A DNA stretch of 64,000 nt from contig NC_087251.1 in NCBI RefSeq assembly GCF_037042905.1, forward strand, positions 40,054,001-40,118,000. The letters run 5' to 3'. This document shows, piece by piece, positions 23,779 to 37,337 of the stretch (its first letter is position 1; every line of letters begins with the position of its first letter). The notes beneath the pieces were generated by a model. That model made no database searches. It was given only the letters and a program-made list of their open reading frames with translations, and was not told where the DNA came from. The position numbers and the translations under genes were made by a program. This stretch comes from Lytechinus pictus (lineage: Eukaryota).

Positions 23779-23944
23779 GTTTACAAGTCGACTGGAGATT
23801 ATACTTCAGGCAAGGCCATGTTTAATGGTTACTCAGCTGTTAATGATGATTCTGTAGACCAGTTTCTGTCACTGCGTCAGACTGTCCTTGATCGCAAGCA
23901 ACCCAGACGTATGTTTGTGCAATGCAATACTTCCATTGGAACAG
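23779..23944 (+). CDS. DPP3: DPP3 penultimate coding exon
   Basis: tatag|GTT...G|gtaaa; VYKSTGDYTSGKAMFNGYSAV...LRQTVLDRKQPRRMFVQCNT. Confidence 0.96.
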
Positions 23945-24055
23945 GTAAAAGTGAATACATTTCATTATGTTAATATGTGATTAAATTTAAATTGTTTTGC
24001 TTAAAATCAGGGCTAACTTTGATTCTCGGTGCTATTCTTTATTAGTGTGTTGCTA

Positions 24056-25737
24056 TTTTTGTCTCGCTTTCATAGCAGAGCGAGACTCTAGGCGCCACTT
24101 TTCCGATAGCAGATTTTTCTCTTTCCTCTAAAAACAAGTGTTTTATTTGGTTTGGATTCCCCTTTAACTTGGAAAGCATATGGACCTAGTTCATGAAACT
24201 TTGGACATATTTAATCAAGTATATGTATTACTGAATATCCTGCCTGAGTTTCAGGTCACATGACCAATGTCAAAGGTCATTATGGGTCAATGAACTTAGA
24301 CCATGTCGGCGGAATCAACATCAAAATCTTAACCAAGATAAAGTTCTTGAAATGTCGTCATAACTTTGAAAGTTAATGGATCTAATTCATGAAACTAGGA
24401 CACAAGTGTAATGGTGTATCACTGAACATGCTGCCTGAATTTCGGGTCATATGACCAAGGTCAATGGTCATTTAGGGGGAACAAATTTTGTTCATATTTT
24501 TACCATTATCATTTTATTCTGCATAATCAAACATATAAACAATATATATAAACAATAGGATGCTGGGAAAGGAAAAAGATTAACTAAATAACTATAATTT
24601 ACATTTAGTGCAATCATTTTCAATTTGATAATCCCTATTCATTTTCTGATGCGATCATTTTCATGCAAATTTTACCAGTATATCCAGTGCATCGGTTGGT
24701 TGGGCGGAGGGACCATTAGGTCACAGTGATTAAGTTTGCTCTCCTCTTCCCTGGCCACCAACTGATGCACTGGGCAAACTGCTATCAAATATTGCACGTA
24801 CCTGTATGATTTTTATGTCATTTTATGTAATGTTCGATATTGCTTTGTAAATTATCTTAAATATGTTTGAAGTGCCAAATAAATAATAAATAAATAAATA
24901 AATAAATAACCCGAAGGTCTTCCTTTCCAATCCATGTGACTTTACAAAAATAACATACATGATATACATAATGATCACAAAACATTAGAATCATACACAG
25001 TTTGATATTACAAAGGAATCTAGAGTTTAAAGATAAAAAGTAAATGTTGGTCATGTTGGGGTTATTTGTAAAATTGCCATCATAACTTTTTAACATTTTA
25101 TGGATCTAGTTCATGAAACTTAGCTATAAGTGTAATCAAGTGTCTTTGAACATGTTGCCTGAGTTTCAGGTCACATGGTCAAAGTCGATTGTCATTAAAG
25201 AGAAATTCCAGTAGTTGCAGTAAACACTGATTTCATGAGAAAGTCTGTAAAACCAGGCTTAATTGTCAGTATATCATCGAGGATCTAGATCTGGTACAGT
25301 TACATAACTGAACTTTGTGAAATCTTGAAATCTACGCTGAAAAATGTTCAGACTGAACTTCCCCAACACAGATAAGCGCACGTGGGACAGTGTATAATTA
25401 TTGCTTTGAGCGTCGGGCCCGACGCTCTACCCGAATCGTGTGCTTATTTGCTGATTTCTCAGCAATTACACAATTTCTTCCAGAATCCTTTGGCACATGC
25501 GTTTTATTTATACAAACAGACACTTTGGTGGTCATTTCATCGGATTCTGTACGAACTCATTTTGATATCGTTACCAAAACTAGCATTTACCTTTAAGGGT
25601 CAATTGACATAGTAGTTTGCTGTCATATGGATGTTGTTTTTTGTGAATAATTATTAAATAAATGTTTTTAAAGTCAACACTGCTGCTATATTGAATCATG
25701 TAATCCAGGCGAGACTGCCAGAGGCATTCCACTTGTT
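24056..25737 (+). mobile_element. HINE/Tsp-like element, same family, with nested insertions
   Basis: Subterminal IR GTCTCGC / GCGAGAC, 3' stem-loop, T-rich insertion site. Confidence 0.7.
25199..25592. mobile_element. Kolobok-like MITE, second family
   Basis: TTAA|AGAGAAATTCCAG...CTAGCATTTACCT|TTAA interrupting a HINE-like core repeat. Confidence 0.7.
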
Positions 25738-25972
25738 ATTAGGGGTTTTGGAGTGGCAGAATGGTATTTTTTATAGGAATAGGGCAAGAAAACTTAACTT
25801 GATTAACAGAGCTAATATATAGTATGCTTCAAATAAAAACAAACAGAAGTTGGCAGATCTGACAACTTCCTTGTCAGATGACAAATGTTGATGAAATTTT
25901 TCCCAGATTTAAGCAGATCAGAGGAATTTATAATGAAACTGGACCCCTTTTGTCCCCTCTCTCCTTTCCTAG

Positions 25973-26118
25973 ATGGTGAAGTTGTCCTCCATGAGTATGA
26001 ATCATCAGCAGCAGGCATGATCCAGTCTTTCATTGACAGGTATAGTGAAGATGAGGTCGAGAGGAATGTCAGAGAACTATGGCAGAAAGACAGACAACAC
26101 TTCCCTTCCATACAATAA
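25973..26118 (+). CDS. DPP3: DPP3 last coding exon
   Basis: Pyrimidine tract + cctag|AT; (D)GEVVLHEYESSAAGMIQSFIDRY...LWQKDRQHFPSIQ* TAA. Confidence 0.94.
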
Positions 26119-27329
26119 ATGTAACACTGATGCCTTCACAGATTCAGGGGATGCAAGGTACAGCAATGTGTAGGTAAATACCCTCGGAACAATTCCGTAA
26201 AATATGTACATCCAACCCCTTTTTTTCTGGGACCTTCCCGAAGTAATTTATGTCTGATTTCTAGGTTGTTATGCTCTGAAATTATCATGGCTTGAGTAGT
26301 TCATGTCGTGAAAGAAGAATTGAGAAAATCAGAAGTCAAAAATCAAAAGTGTTTATTATTTATTGTCCCTCAATATTAGTAGGTATGCCTCATATGCCTT
26401 ATCATTCAAAAGCAGAACTGTAAATTGGTCTATCTAAAATATAGAGCTCTTTAAACCATAAGATGAAATGATAAAATGGTTTAACGAGAAGATAAGACCA
26501 TTTTACCATAGTATGGCAAAAGTGTTCATGGTCTATCTACAAACGATACCATTTTACCATCTTTAAAGTAATTTTGTCTCAGAACAGCGATTTTCAAGAC
26601 TGTTTTACCATTTGACGGCCTTACTGCCGATAACTGAAATAACAATAACTTGTTATCACTATATAAAGGCTTGCAAAGAAAATCTGTTAAATTTTGTTTT
26701 ATTACCAGTAATTTATTAATGCAGGACTTTATAAGTGTCCTTTGAATCAGATTTAAGTACTTTTTAGTAGAACATTATTTTTGTTTGTTTACCCTGACAA
26801 AAAGTTTATTGTAAAAATAGAAAAAATAGAAAAATATATTGGTGAAGGTTTAAGGAAAGTCCATCAAAGATTAAAAAAGTTATATCTTTTTTTATATTTG
26901 TGACATGATATGCCAGCAGCTTCCTCTGTATCTTGAATTAAGAGTCAATGAAATGTAATTTCTCAGAATTTTTTTTATTTTTTTATTTACCTCCAGTATA
27001 TAAAAAAAAAGTTATTTCACACCCTCTCCTAAAAGAAAGAAAAATTCCGTCTTCATGAATCATTAACTAGTTTAAGTTCATGCATTTTATATTACACAAC
27101 ATATGGGGCAGCTGCTTGTTTATGACATCACAAATATTTTCATGGTGAACTTCCCCCTTAAACATCCTGTGCATATGAATATTATTATTCCATGGCCTGT
27201 GTGAAAACAAAATCATTATTTTGACTGTTTGTGTGACTGTGTTATTCTATACATTTCAATTTGATTGATAAATGGCATTTTCTATATACACACACACACA
27301 CAAGTGACAGTAAAAAGTAGTAAAATCTA

Positions 27330-27335
27330 AATAAA
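27330..27335 (+). terminator. Candidate DPP3 polyadenylation signal
   Basis: AATAAA about 1.2 kb after the stop, just before repeat-derived DNA resumes; AT-rich context makes it weak. Confidence 0.3.
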
Positions 27336-27592
27336 TAATATGAATTCTGTAAAATGAAAATATAACCATCTTTGTCAGCTATTTTTTTTCTTTCTGTAAC
27401 TTGCTCTGAAGTGCCTTGACCATCTAATTAAGATTGAAAGTGCACTATATAAATTCTATGTATTATTGGTATTATGTAGTTAATTAGTTATCCTGGATTT
27501 TATCAGACTATACACTTATTTCATTACAAAAATGTTAAAGATTTTGTTCGACTCGCTCACATTTCTTTATTTGTGCATCAATTGTGTTCAGT

Positions 27593-28464
27593 TAGTATAG
27601 TCACGTGTTGTATTACTGGACACTCATGATTCCGGACGCGCATATTACTGCGTTCAAAAATTTTTTTGTACCATAAGACTTCTGCAATTCAATTTCACAG
27701 AGCCACATAGAAAAAGATTGCAAAATCAAGGCGAAAAAAATCAAACTTTTACGTTATTTATCTCTAAAATGACAGAAAATGCTTAAAATATCATATAACA
27801 TAGTTTTGCATTAATGATTGATATATTTTCTGACGGAAATATGGGCCTGATTTGCCGAATTTCAATCTCGTCCGCTCCTTCGATCGAATGATGAGGTGTG
27901 GTGTATTGTGGGTGATCGTCAACGGCTAGTTAGTCCTCAAGGTACCTGTGCGCGAGGTTTACCGTGAGTAGAGCCGTCGACGATTGGCAGCGCATCGATA
28001 GAAATTGATGAGCATCACAATACGAATAAGCATAATGTTGGAAAGTGTCATGGAAAAAATAGAATAAGTTATCAAACACGAATTTATTACCAACATCCGC
28101 TCAGATTCGATATGAAAAAAGCAAACAAAAGCTTAGAATTTATGCATGATGTGGTATATGAAGAAAAAATCACACAAATTCTTTCTCACATCATTATTAT
28201 GAAGAATATCTTTAACCGTCCGGCGCGCGCCCAAAATCTTGATGTAATTTGTCATGCACGAAAATAACTGTTTTTCGTGGAGGGGTATGCGACAAGTGCG
28301 AGGCAAAGAAAAGGGTTGGTAAATATAAAATGATTTTATCATATTCATAATTTTCATAATATTTAGAATAGCAAGTGCAAATTTTTTTCTTGATTGTATT
28401 GTCTCTAGTTGTCATTTTTAAAGCACTGAAATAAAGGTGTCCGGTAATAGGATACACTGCCATA
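27593..28464. mobile_element. DNA element of about 870 bp, copy 1
   Basis: Imperfect TIR containing TATTAC(C/T)GGACAC; reverse complement of 49464-50354. Confidence 0.8.
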
Positions 28465-28546
28465 TATATCATCTTGGGTGATTGTGTGATAATTTTTGAA
28501 GGTTTCCATGGTGGTTTGAACAATCGTGGAAGGAGTTTACAGCATA

Positions 28547-29053
28547 CCATGTGTAAAGTCCTGGAAGGACCGAGATAAAATGTGGACAGAGATAGAAGGG
28601 AAATGGAAAGGCAAGAAAGAAGTTGAGAAGTAAAGTATTCTTTTTTTTGGAATGAGTGTTGGACTGTAAACCAGAAGGGGTGGAAAGCTAAGTTTCAGGC
28701 AGGGTGAGAGGCTTGAGTAGGAGGCTGGTTGGGTTGGAGAGGTGAGAAAGGCTGAGTAGATGAGAGAAGGCTGGCTTGAGTTGGCAAATGGAGTTGTATA
28801 GCAGGAGGGAAGATTCGAGGTTTCGGGCAGGTTGACTGTCTGTCTTCAGGAGTTTCCTAATAAGACCTACCCAACCAGCCTTCTACTCACGACGCTCACC
28901 CTGCCTACTACTCAGCTTTTCACTCCTGGTTACAATACAGTCCTAGCAGACTAAACTCATTCCAAAAACAATACTCTACTTCCCAACCTCCACTTTCTCA
29001 CCTTCCATATCTCTATCCTCTTTTCTTAGTCCTTCCCGGGACTTTTCACATGG
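28547..29053. mobile_element. Old foldback element with purine/pyrimidine arms of about 190 bp
   Basis: CCATGTGTAAAGTCCTGGAAGGAC... versus ...GTCCTTCCCGGGACTTTTCACATGG. Confidence 0.65.
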
Positions 29054-29144
29054 AGTACATAAACCAAATCCACAAAAGTATACTTGATCTTGGAAATTCA
29101 TATGTATTACATCTTGTAATAAATGATGAGAAATACTGTTATAT

Positions 29145-31473
29145 GGGCATTTTCACGGTAACTGACATTACACGGCACAATGTTTTCACACCTTTCATTG
29201 TGTGTATCTCTAAAACACCAAATGATGGGAGTTTGCTTTTGATAGAGTTAATAAAGTGAACCTTGCTGTATACTCTGATACTAAGTTTTCCTATGTAGCC
29301 TCATTTTTTTACGCATCAGCAAGCAAAAATGTGTCGGTAACTGACATTACGCAAAAGGACATGCAATTTCAGGGTGTTCATTAAAATTGAAATATCTCAT
29401 GTCCCTGAGTAGATAGAGCAATAATTTGAATATGAAAATATACCTCCGTTACTAGGTTAAGATGTGTCAAAATATTAAACAATTCGTTTTTGTCTTTTGG
29501 GGGCTATGATAATTTTTCCACAACCATGCTGGTAACTGACATTACGGTAACTGACATTACACTTAATTTGCCATAGAGATAACACATGGAAGTCAAATGT
29601 GTGGAATCATTGCATTGTATCTTCTGTGCAGGGCTTCACATAAAAGTGAGCTTGATGTGGAAGTATACCCGAGTTTCTAGGAACATTTCAATGAAAAAAC
29701 TTTTTCTTTTTCTTAATTCCTTTCTTTGATTTGAACATTTTTATCATTACTAGTCGGTAACTGACAATACACATTAACATTTACCAGTGCTATATGATTT
29801 TCAAAGGCATAATTTTCTTGGTACTTGTATGTAAGGCTTTTTTAAATCATAAAAGTTTCATAATACTTCACATTTTTAATTATCAAAAGATAAGAAATGT
29901 ATGTTTTACTTACTGGGGGGGGGGGGGGGGTCATAGCAGCTACATGTTTTCCTATAGTAATTTAATATTGCATTGACTGTACACATGGATTTTTCTGACT
30001 ATACACCCATAATATATTCATCAGTTTTATATTGACTTTTTAAACCTTTTCCTTCTCCAACCTCCCCCTCCCCTCAAAAAAGGCAAAATAAATAAGGGTC
30101 TCCTCCCCTAGGCAACACGTACCCCTCGTCCCCTCCCCCGAATCTCATGCAGCCATGTAGTTTTATTGATTTCTATTCTGGTCAGTGCAAGCAATGCTTG
30201 TTCATATCTGTCGGATTTCAATTCTCTTCATAATTTGTTAAATCATTTTCTTTGCTAATTTCTTTTTTAAGCTGTCAACAAAAAATAAACTCCAGCTTCT
30301 AAACTGAAACTGAACTATTTGTAAATTAGAAAAAAAAAACAGTTTTAGTAGATCCATGCAACATTGATCAGAACTGTCAAATTTCACTTTTCATCTATAT
30401 TTGTAAACCAAAAAAAAATTGTATCACACATCCACACTACTAACAGGTATAAAAACCAGGAATTTACTTTTAGCGAGGCAATGCTCAAAAGAATCCTAGA
30501 AACTAAAAAAGGGACCCTGGAAATCCCCTTCATCACAATGTTAAGCTTAAAAAATGTTGCAGATTTAGGCAATAGGTTGGGAAAAGTACCCCCTCCCCCC
30601 CCCGAAAACCAAACAAAAAATTGTCTGATACTAACAATTAGGTACTTGGTAAGTGCATGTACTGTACAAAACAATTTCATAGTAATTTTTTTTTGCACGA
30701 TGGGAATGCAACTTCCTTCATAATTTCATATAGTATTCCTTGTGAACTATACCTTTTAAAAGTCAATAGCAAGCTCCTTCTGGTGTGACTTTTAAAGTGA
30801 AAGACTTAAATAACAAGTATACAATATTTCTTCACCATAAAATTGACCACATATTTGCATTTCAATATTGGTACCAACGTTTTATCATGGTAACTGACAT
30901 TACATCTCGGTAACTGACATTACATTTTCCACTTGGTAACTGACATTACATATATTTAATGGTACCCTATGGCTTCATTGTTAATTGGTAATCTTTAATT
31001 TTGGTGTAGAAGGGAGGGGTGTTACCTAGAGAGGAAATCTACCAAGTTTCATATAATATATCCTCTTTTCCAGGAAATGAGAAAAAAAAGTTCATGTTTT
31101 CGGTAACTGACATTACATACCATATCACATACTTCATCAATGTTTTTTTATCAGATGAATGAATTACTGGTGTTTCTTTCTGTGGGATTTTGAAAAGTGT
31201 TATAATAGCAAGCTAAATCACAGGCGAAAACATCATGATCAAACCTGTTCTTTAAAAATCTGTCAAAACAAAATATGTATCAATATACTATTTTCAACAC
31301 TAATTTGTATCCATACTTTGGCAGCCATTTTGAAATAAAAAATGGCGGCCAGAGTCGGAAACAATTTTTGTCTCAGCAACTTCAGGTCTTGTTTTATTTA
31401 AAAACATAAAGCATTTGACATGAATATCAACTTGATTTTTTTGCCTCTGTGTCCATCTGTGGTGAAAATGCCC
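29145..31473. mobile_element. Sola-like non-autonomous DNA transposon
   Basis: 12-bp TIR GGGCATTTTCAC, 4-bp TSD ATAT, nine internal direct copies of GGTAACTGACA(T/A)TAC. Confidence 0.75.
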
Positions 31474-34400
31474 ATATGATGATAAGTCCTAATCTCACAT
31501 ATTCAGTAATATATCAATACATAATCAATACTTCAACAGGAAGTGTAGCAGTTCCTTTAAAGTATTGCTGTATTCATTCTTCTTGTATGGGTTTCTTATT
31601 CACTACACATTCCCCCCTTCTCACTAACTGGTCCACTCCCCCAATTCAGAGTAAAATTATGACATACAGATTGTGATGGTCAGGTACTCAAGGTTGACCG
31701 ACAGCAAGGTGTTTTGACCATTGACCGGACAGTTATGAAAAGTGTTCATTTCTCACCTCCATTCAGATTGGTCACGGAATAGGTGTTGAGATTAAATTAG
31801 AAATTAGAGATTAAGATTAAATTAGAAATTAAGCAGTTTTCATCATGAGTAAAGTCACCATTAGATTTACTCTTATTTACTGTTATCATTGCGACTGTTT
31901 CATACTCAATAAATATTTTGAACTGTATCCTTACATCTTGTCTTGTGCTTTCATTATAAGACTGGTTGAAAGTAAATGTGCAGCGATCAAGGCCCAAATT
32001 GCAACATAATACTATTGCAAATCATGAAAAAAAAAAGCATCTTGTCTTTTTTGTGTCTGAGCTCATGGTGTATTTCTTTACTACCAACTGGGATACATCC
32101 CGTTAATCTATGCTATTCATCCACGTGAATGGCTACACTGAAGACAAAAAAAAAATTCCTTGCGCGGCATTCATATGTTACAGGGGCCCTGCCGTTAATA
32201 TGATGTGTAGATAAAATTTATTTATCAATATAATTTATTGTCACAAATAATTATGTCAGAAATATCAAATTCCGTTTGTATTCAGTCTTCTCCTATTCCA
32301 TACAGAGATTGAATTTGATAACATAAATTGTTATTCACATGACGGTAAACTGTGGATTGACATATTATGACTGCAATTTGCAATGTTTTACAGTGATGTT
32401 AGAATGATTTTGTATAGGCAAAATGTGTGAATTTTGGTTTAAATTTGTGTTTCTTTGCCATTATACCCCCTCCCCTAACACACACATTCAAACATTTTTC
32501 ACTTTTTTCAGGGCTTAAATTAATCCATCTGTTGCCCTATAGAGTAGCCTGGTATATTAGTTGTGCCCCTTTTCAATTTTTTATTTTTGTGCTGTTCCAA
32601 AAAAAAAAAAGTGCAATGCATGCAAAAAGGGGCCTTGCCCTAAAATAAAAAGAAAACAGAAATGTAAATTTTGGCATTTTATTATGTTTCAAAAATAATA
32701 TCTATATATTAAAAAAATATAATGTTGTGGTCTGGTGCACCTTGAGTAAACTCTGAAAACCAATAACAATAGAAAGTAGAGTTGATTATAAAATTAAAAT
32801 GTTTGTTTCCTGTTTGAATGTCAGACATATTGGTAATTACTGTGTGGCTGGATCTTTAAGCCAATTACTGAGTCATGGGGTGTGGTTCTATAATGTGGCT
32901 TTACGCGATGTCAATATTTCACCAACATGATTTCACACACCAGGCACTCATTCATGAACATTTTAGACGAGTACACAACATTCATTTAAAGGAACCATCA
33001 ACCTTAAAATGTCACTGAAATCAAAGTAATAATATAAAACTTTAAAAAAAAAAGTTGAATACCAGTAAATTTAATTGCGTTAGAAAATTAATTATAGTTC
33101 TCAGTTTAAGACTACAAAATGTTGCCATTCTAAGTTTATTAATACAGGGCTCAAACAGAACAAAATACCTTTCGGAGATCTGAAAATTCAGATAAAAATG
33201 AATATGGCAATAATTCAAGAATACATGATGTGTACAATATCAGATACGGTATGCCATGAGTTGATAAACAAAAACTCAAACTGGAAAAAAATCAATAACA
33301 AATTGCAACCTGTTCACACTGGATTACCTGTCCAAATCAGGGGTCGGGGGAGGGGGGGGGGGAGCAACAAATTTCCCGGTCATAGGGGGCCAGATATGGC
33401 CTATAGAGCAAATTTTTTTTAAAGTTGCGAGCGAGCCAAAATTTTGAATTTTTTGTTACAAAAATCTAATTTTGGGATAAATTTTGACAAATTATCTTTC
33501 CTTTAAAAAATTGCCATTAATGAATGGAAAATAAATCCAGGAACCAATTGAGTCTTTCAGACTATAGTAATTACCAGTTGCGACACCAATGGGATGGTAA
33601 TGAGACACGTAAAGATATTTCACGTCAAATGCTGATTCAAAGTAAAATTCAAACACATCTGGAAACATAAATTTCTATGGTACTGATCTGATACCGGTAA
33701 TAGAGTGAACAGTCGACACTGTTTAAAAGTATACCTTAATTAATCCAGGGACGTCCCTCTCACGTCCCTGATTAATCTCAAAACAAAACATTTAATACAT
33801 GCACCCAATTGGGTGCAGGGAATTCAGTAGTTCATAAACTTTGTCAGTGAAAATCATTGTTTTTTTTCATGAAGTGCTTCTCAAATGTCATGGGCAAATA
33901 ACAGGGCAGCATACATTGTACTCACTGTACATAGTCCAGGGGATCATTTCATGAATTGCTAGATGTTAGGAGCTATGGCAAATCCTACATGTAGCATCTG
34001 ATTTCCTTAGTACACATTTGTCAGTGAAATCACTAACAAAACTTTTCATGAAATACACCCCATATGTTAATTCACAATGAAATAATCACATCATGTACAT
34101 GTAAGTTACCAGCATAAACATGTGTTGAATTAGTAAACCATTATGCTTTGATGGTGAGTGAAGGAATATTTAACCCTTCAACATTTACAACAAAGATTGG
34201 AGACTAATCCCTCAATATATTAAAGTAATGTTAAAAAAAAGAATCATTTTGTTGATGGTGGAAATCAATAGTAATATATTGCGTTGAGAAAAACAAATGT
34301 GTAAGTCTCCATCAAAATGTTCCATAAAAATTGTAGAGTTTAGCCCTGTCTGTCAGTCTGTTTTATCATAAGAAATAACCCTTCATTTTCATAATTTAAA

Positions 34401-35714
34401 AAAAATAATTAAAATAGTATACATGTATTGCATGCTGTGTGGAATTATTCTCTGCTTCATTATATACACAAGTTCCTGAGCAACGCCCGACTCCATGAAG
34501 GCCTCATATACATGCAGATAAAATATGCCACTTTTCTTTACAGCTTTATTTATAACATCACATATCAATTCACATCAAAAGTTATCATGATACCATCATT
34601 TTAGTATCTAGGCAAGAAAGTAAATTCATCATTTCCTCACTTTTTCAAGTACATGTAGGTTTGATTTGTCTCTCTGTCAATGTATCATTAGGTCTTTTCA
34701 CTGATTAGACCGAATGTGTATGGACTAAATGGCTATTGAACCTATTGGCAATGAGACAATGTGGAAAGTGGACGAACTGATGGTAGACCAAATGATAGGA
34801 AACGAGTTGGTAATTGAATGAATTGGCATTAGACCAATTGGAAATAGACCCATTTGACTTGGGCGTTCAATTCTTTGAAATGAAATAAAAACATGCCATT
34901 CTTGAGAGCTAAACACAAAATTTGGCAAATTTTCAAATTGCACCAACCTCAAAATACAGCAACGGCACATCATTGCTTGCTTACATGCAGTGCAATTTAA
35001 ATCAATTGCAATAAGATTTTTACATACTGTAAACAAATCTTTATAGACAGTTTTAATTTGTTATTTACTAAATTTTAGAAATCAACAAAACTCATGATCT
35101 TAAGAAGACGGGGGCTGAAAGGTCACGGAAGCTCCGCCCCCAAAAGATGTTTTGGAGGTCAAGCCTTTCACACGCAAAATTTGTTCCGTAATTTGAGTGA
35201 AACTTAACTGGAATTCACCTCCGGAGTGGATTTTGAATTTGTGATTAGCGTTTCGTGATTCTAATCATGTTCTAGTTTGGTTTCACACGTGCTAAAAATT
35301 CATCATTAGCCTTATTTTTCACTGGAATCATCATTCAAATTATGTTTTTTTTTTACTGTGTGAAAGGGCGGTCAGTTGGGTCATTATAAAACGTATTTAG
35401 CTTCAGTAAAATGAAAATACTCCTGTTTAACAACACCAGTCGATAGAAGTACAAAACTGCTTCACAGCCTGGTGGAAACTACATGTGAACATAAATTTCA
35501 CTTTGAAAGAAGAATGGATGTGTGCTTGTACACTTTAGGTTACTTTATTCTTCCAATAAATTCTTCAATCTCCATAGCAAAATAACCATCTTTCCATCCT
35601 TCAATCTTCACAGCCTTATCACAAATTAGGAATGCAAAGGAAATGTCAAAATGCAATAAATAGCGAGATGGAATATTTGGAATGTCTTTAACTGAACATA
35701 AAGAAAAAAAAACA

Positions 35715-36347
35715 TCACAAAGGAGGCTGAAGTTGTTGCAAAATGCTGTCTATTTCCAGAACAGACTTGATTATATAATCTGCTTTGACATAGTCTGAGC
35801 TTGGTTGTTTCCCGTAAGGATTAATCCACACTGTAGCGAGGACCTTGGCATTAACGCCACCCTGGATATCTGTCTCCTGGCTATCACCAACCATGATGCA
35901 CTGTGAAGCTTCTACACCAAGTAGTTTACAAGATGTCTTGAAGATAGATGGATGTGGCTTTGGTTCGGGATGGTCTCCACTGATAACAATTTCATCAAAG
36001 AAATCTTCGGCCCCGATCTGATCAACTTTTTCTCGTTGAACTTTACTGTCTCCATTTGTTAAGAGAAGTAATTTATATTTCAACCGTAACTGCTTAAGAA
36101 GGGCCTTCACCTCTTCATCAAAATACAACCCCTCAAGCCGTAGTTTCTTCCAGAGTTGATAAACTCTTGAAGCCAACTCTTCGTTCTGGTTGGAATTTAG
36201 TGCAGTTTTCCACAGTCGGGTCCTCCATTCATCAATGGGAATCTTGTTTTCTGGATCTTTCTCTGCAGACTGTAACAACTTCCTGAAGTTTGAGACAATG
36301 CTTTCGGCATTACAGCTCGGAAATTCTTTCTGGATGAATCTTGTCAC
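35715..36347 (-). CDS. NANP: NANP coding exon 2; total protein 237 aa
   Basis: tgcag|GTG in phase 0; LLLLTNGD (motif II), EPKPHPSIF (III), MVGDSQETDIQGG (IV); TGA stop. Confidence 0.93.
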   Translation of the reverse strand: MTRFIQKEFPSCNAESIVSNFRKLLQSAEKDPENKIPIDEWRTRLWKTALNSNQNEELASRVYQLWKKLRLEGLYFDEEVKALLKQLRLKYKLLLLTNGDSKVQREKVDQIGAEDFFDEIVISGDHPEPKPHPSIFKTSCKLLGVEASQCIMVGDSQETDIQGGVNAKVLATVWINPYGKQPSSDYVKADYIIKSVLEIDSILQQLQPPL

Positions 36348-37256
36348 CTGCAGAGGATCAGATATGAAGTTGTAAAGTGAAGTTTAACATCTATTCACGA
36401 GCCACGAGGGTTGATTCAATTATCATGGTACAAAAGTCAACGGCAATGACGATGCAGATTTAATATTGTATTATCGTGCTTCATTTCCAGCATGAATTTA
36501 GGACCAGGCCTTTGCCTTGAAAAAACAAGGTTAAGTCCATTTTCTACAGAGCCTATACTCTGTAGTCTAGATAGGCCTAGCCTGGGTAACGTATAGTGAG
36601 TGATTGTATTACCGACCAGCCTTGACTTGTATTACCGAACACGCGCATCGTACGCGTCAGAAAATAATTTCATACGCTCAAAATTTTGCAACATCCTTCC
36701 AAAGACTCAAAGAGAACTTGAATAGAAAGATGACGAAAGATGGTCAAAAACACATTTTCAAAGTCTTATATTCTAAAAATAATAAAATATGGTCAAAATA
36801 GCTCATCAGTGATTTTGTTGTTTTCTCAACTTTTCCCATAGAAAACACACGTTCGGTAATATGATACCTTTTTCAAGTGACCAAAATATTTAACATGCGA
36901 AGAGGGGTCCGATTTGAAGCTAATATCGTAAAAAGGAAAAACGATTTCGGCAAAAATTTTACATACCGGTATTAATATTTTGTTGGTAATTGTGTATTTA
37001 TGGTGAAAGTTTGGTGAATTTTATGAGAATAGTGTGTTTGATATGATTGAATTAGAGAAACCCAGCTGCAGCAAAACCTATGCCGGCCGCTCAGCCTCGG
37101 CGCCATCGCAGGGCATCGGCTAAGTCTGCGGGCCGCCCGGGCGCCGGGTAGCCATCATGGCATGCCCATGTTGGCGGCAAGATGCCGGTCCAAAATTCCA
37201 AAAAGGGTGTAACATTAGGCCTAGAATAACCTCTTATATACACAAATGAAACTTAC

Positions 37257-37337
37257 CTGCACATAGGCATTAGCATCAGATTGTTTCGTCCATATTAAAG
37301 TATTATCTAGGTCGAAAATAATTGCCGCTATCCCCAT
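37257..37337 (-). CDS. NANP: N-acylneuraminate-9-phosphatase (HDHD4), coding exon 1
   Basis: ATG at 37337; MGIAAIIFDLDNTLIWTKQSDANAYVQ (HAD motif I DxDNT) followed by CAG|GTAAGT donor. Confidence 0.93.

Noticed and set aside
35715..36347. Intronless bacterial-type HAD gene starting at GTG
   Set aside because: The GTG follows a CAG acceptor and HAD motif I is on a separate exon at 37257-37337
36544..36565. CTACAGAG...CTCTGTAG hairpin as a third micro-transposon
   Set aside because: Only an 8-bp stem and the flanks do not form a clean duplication
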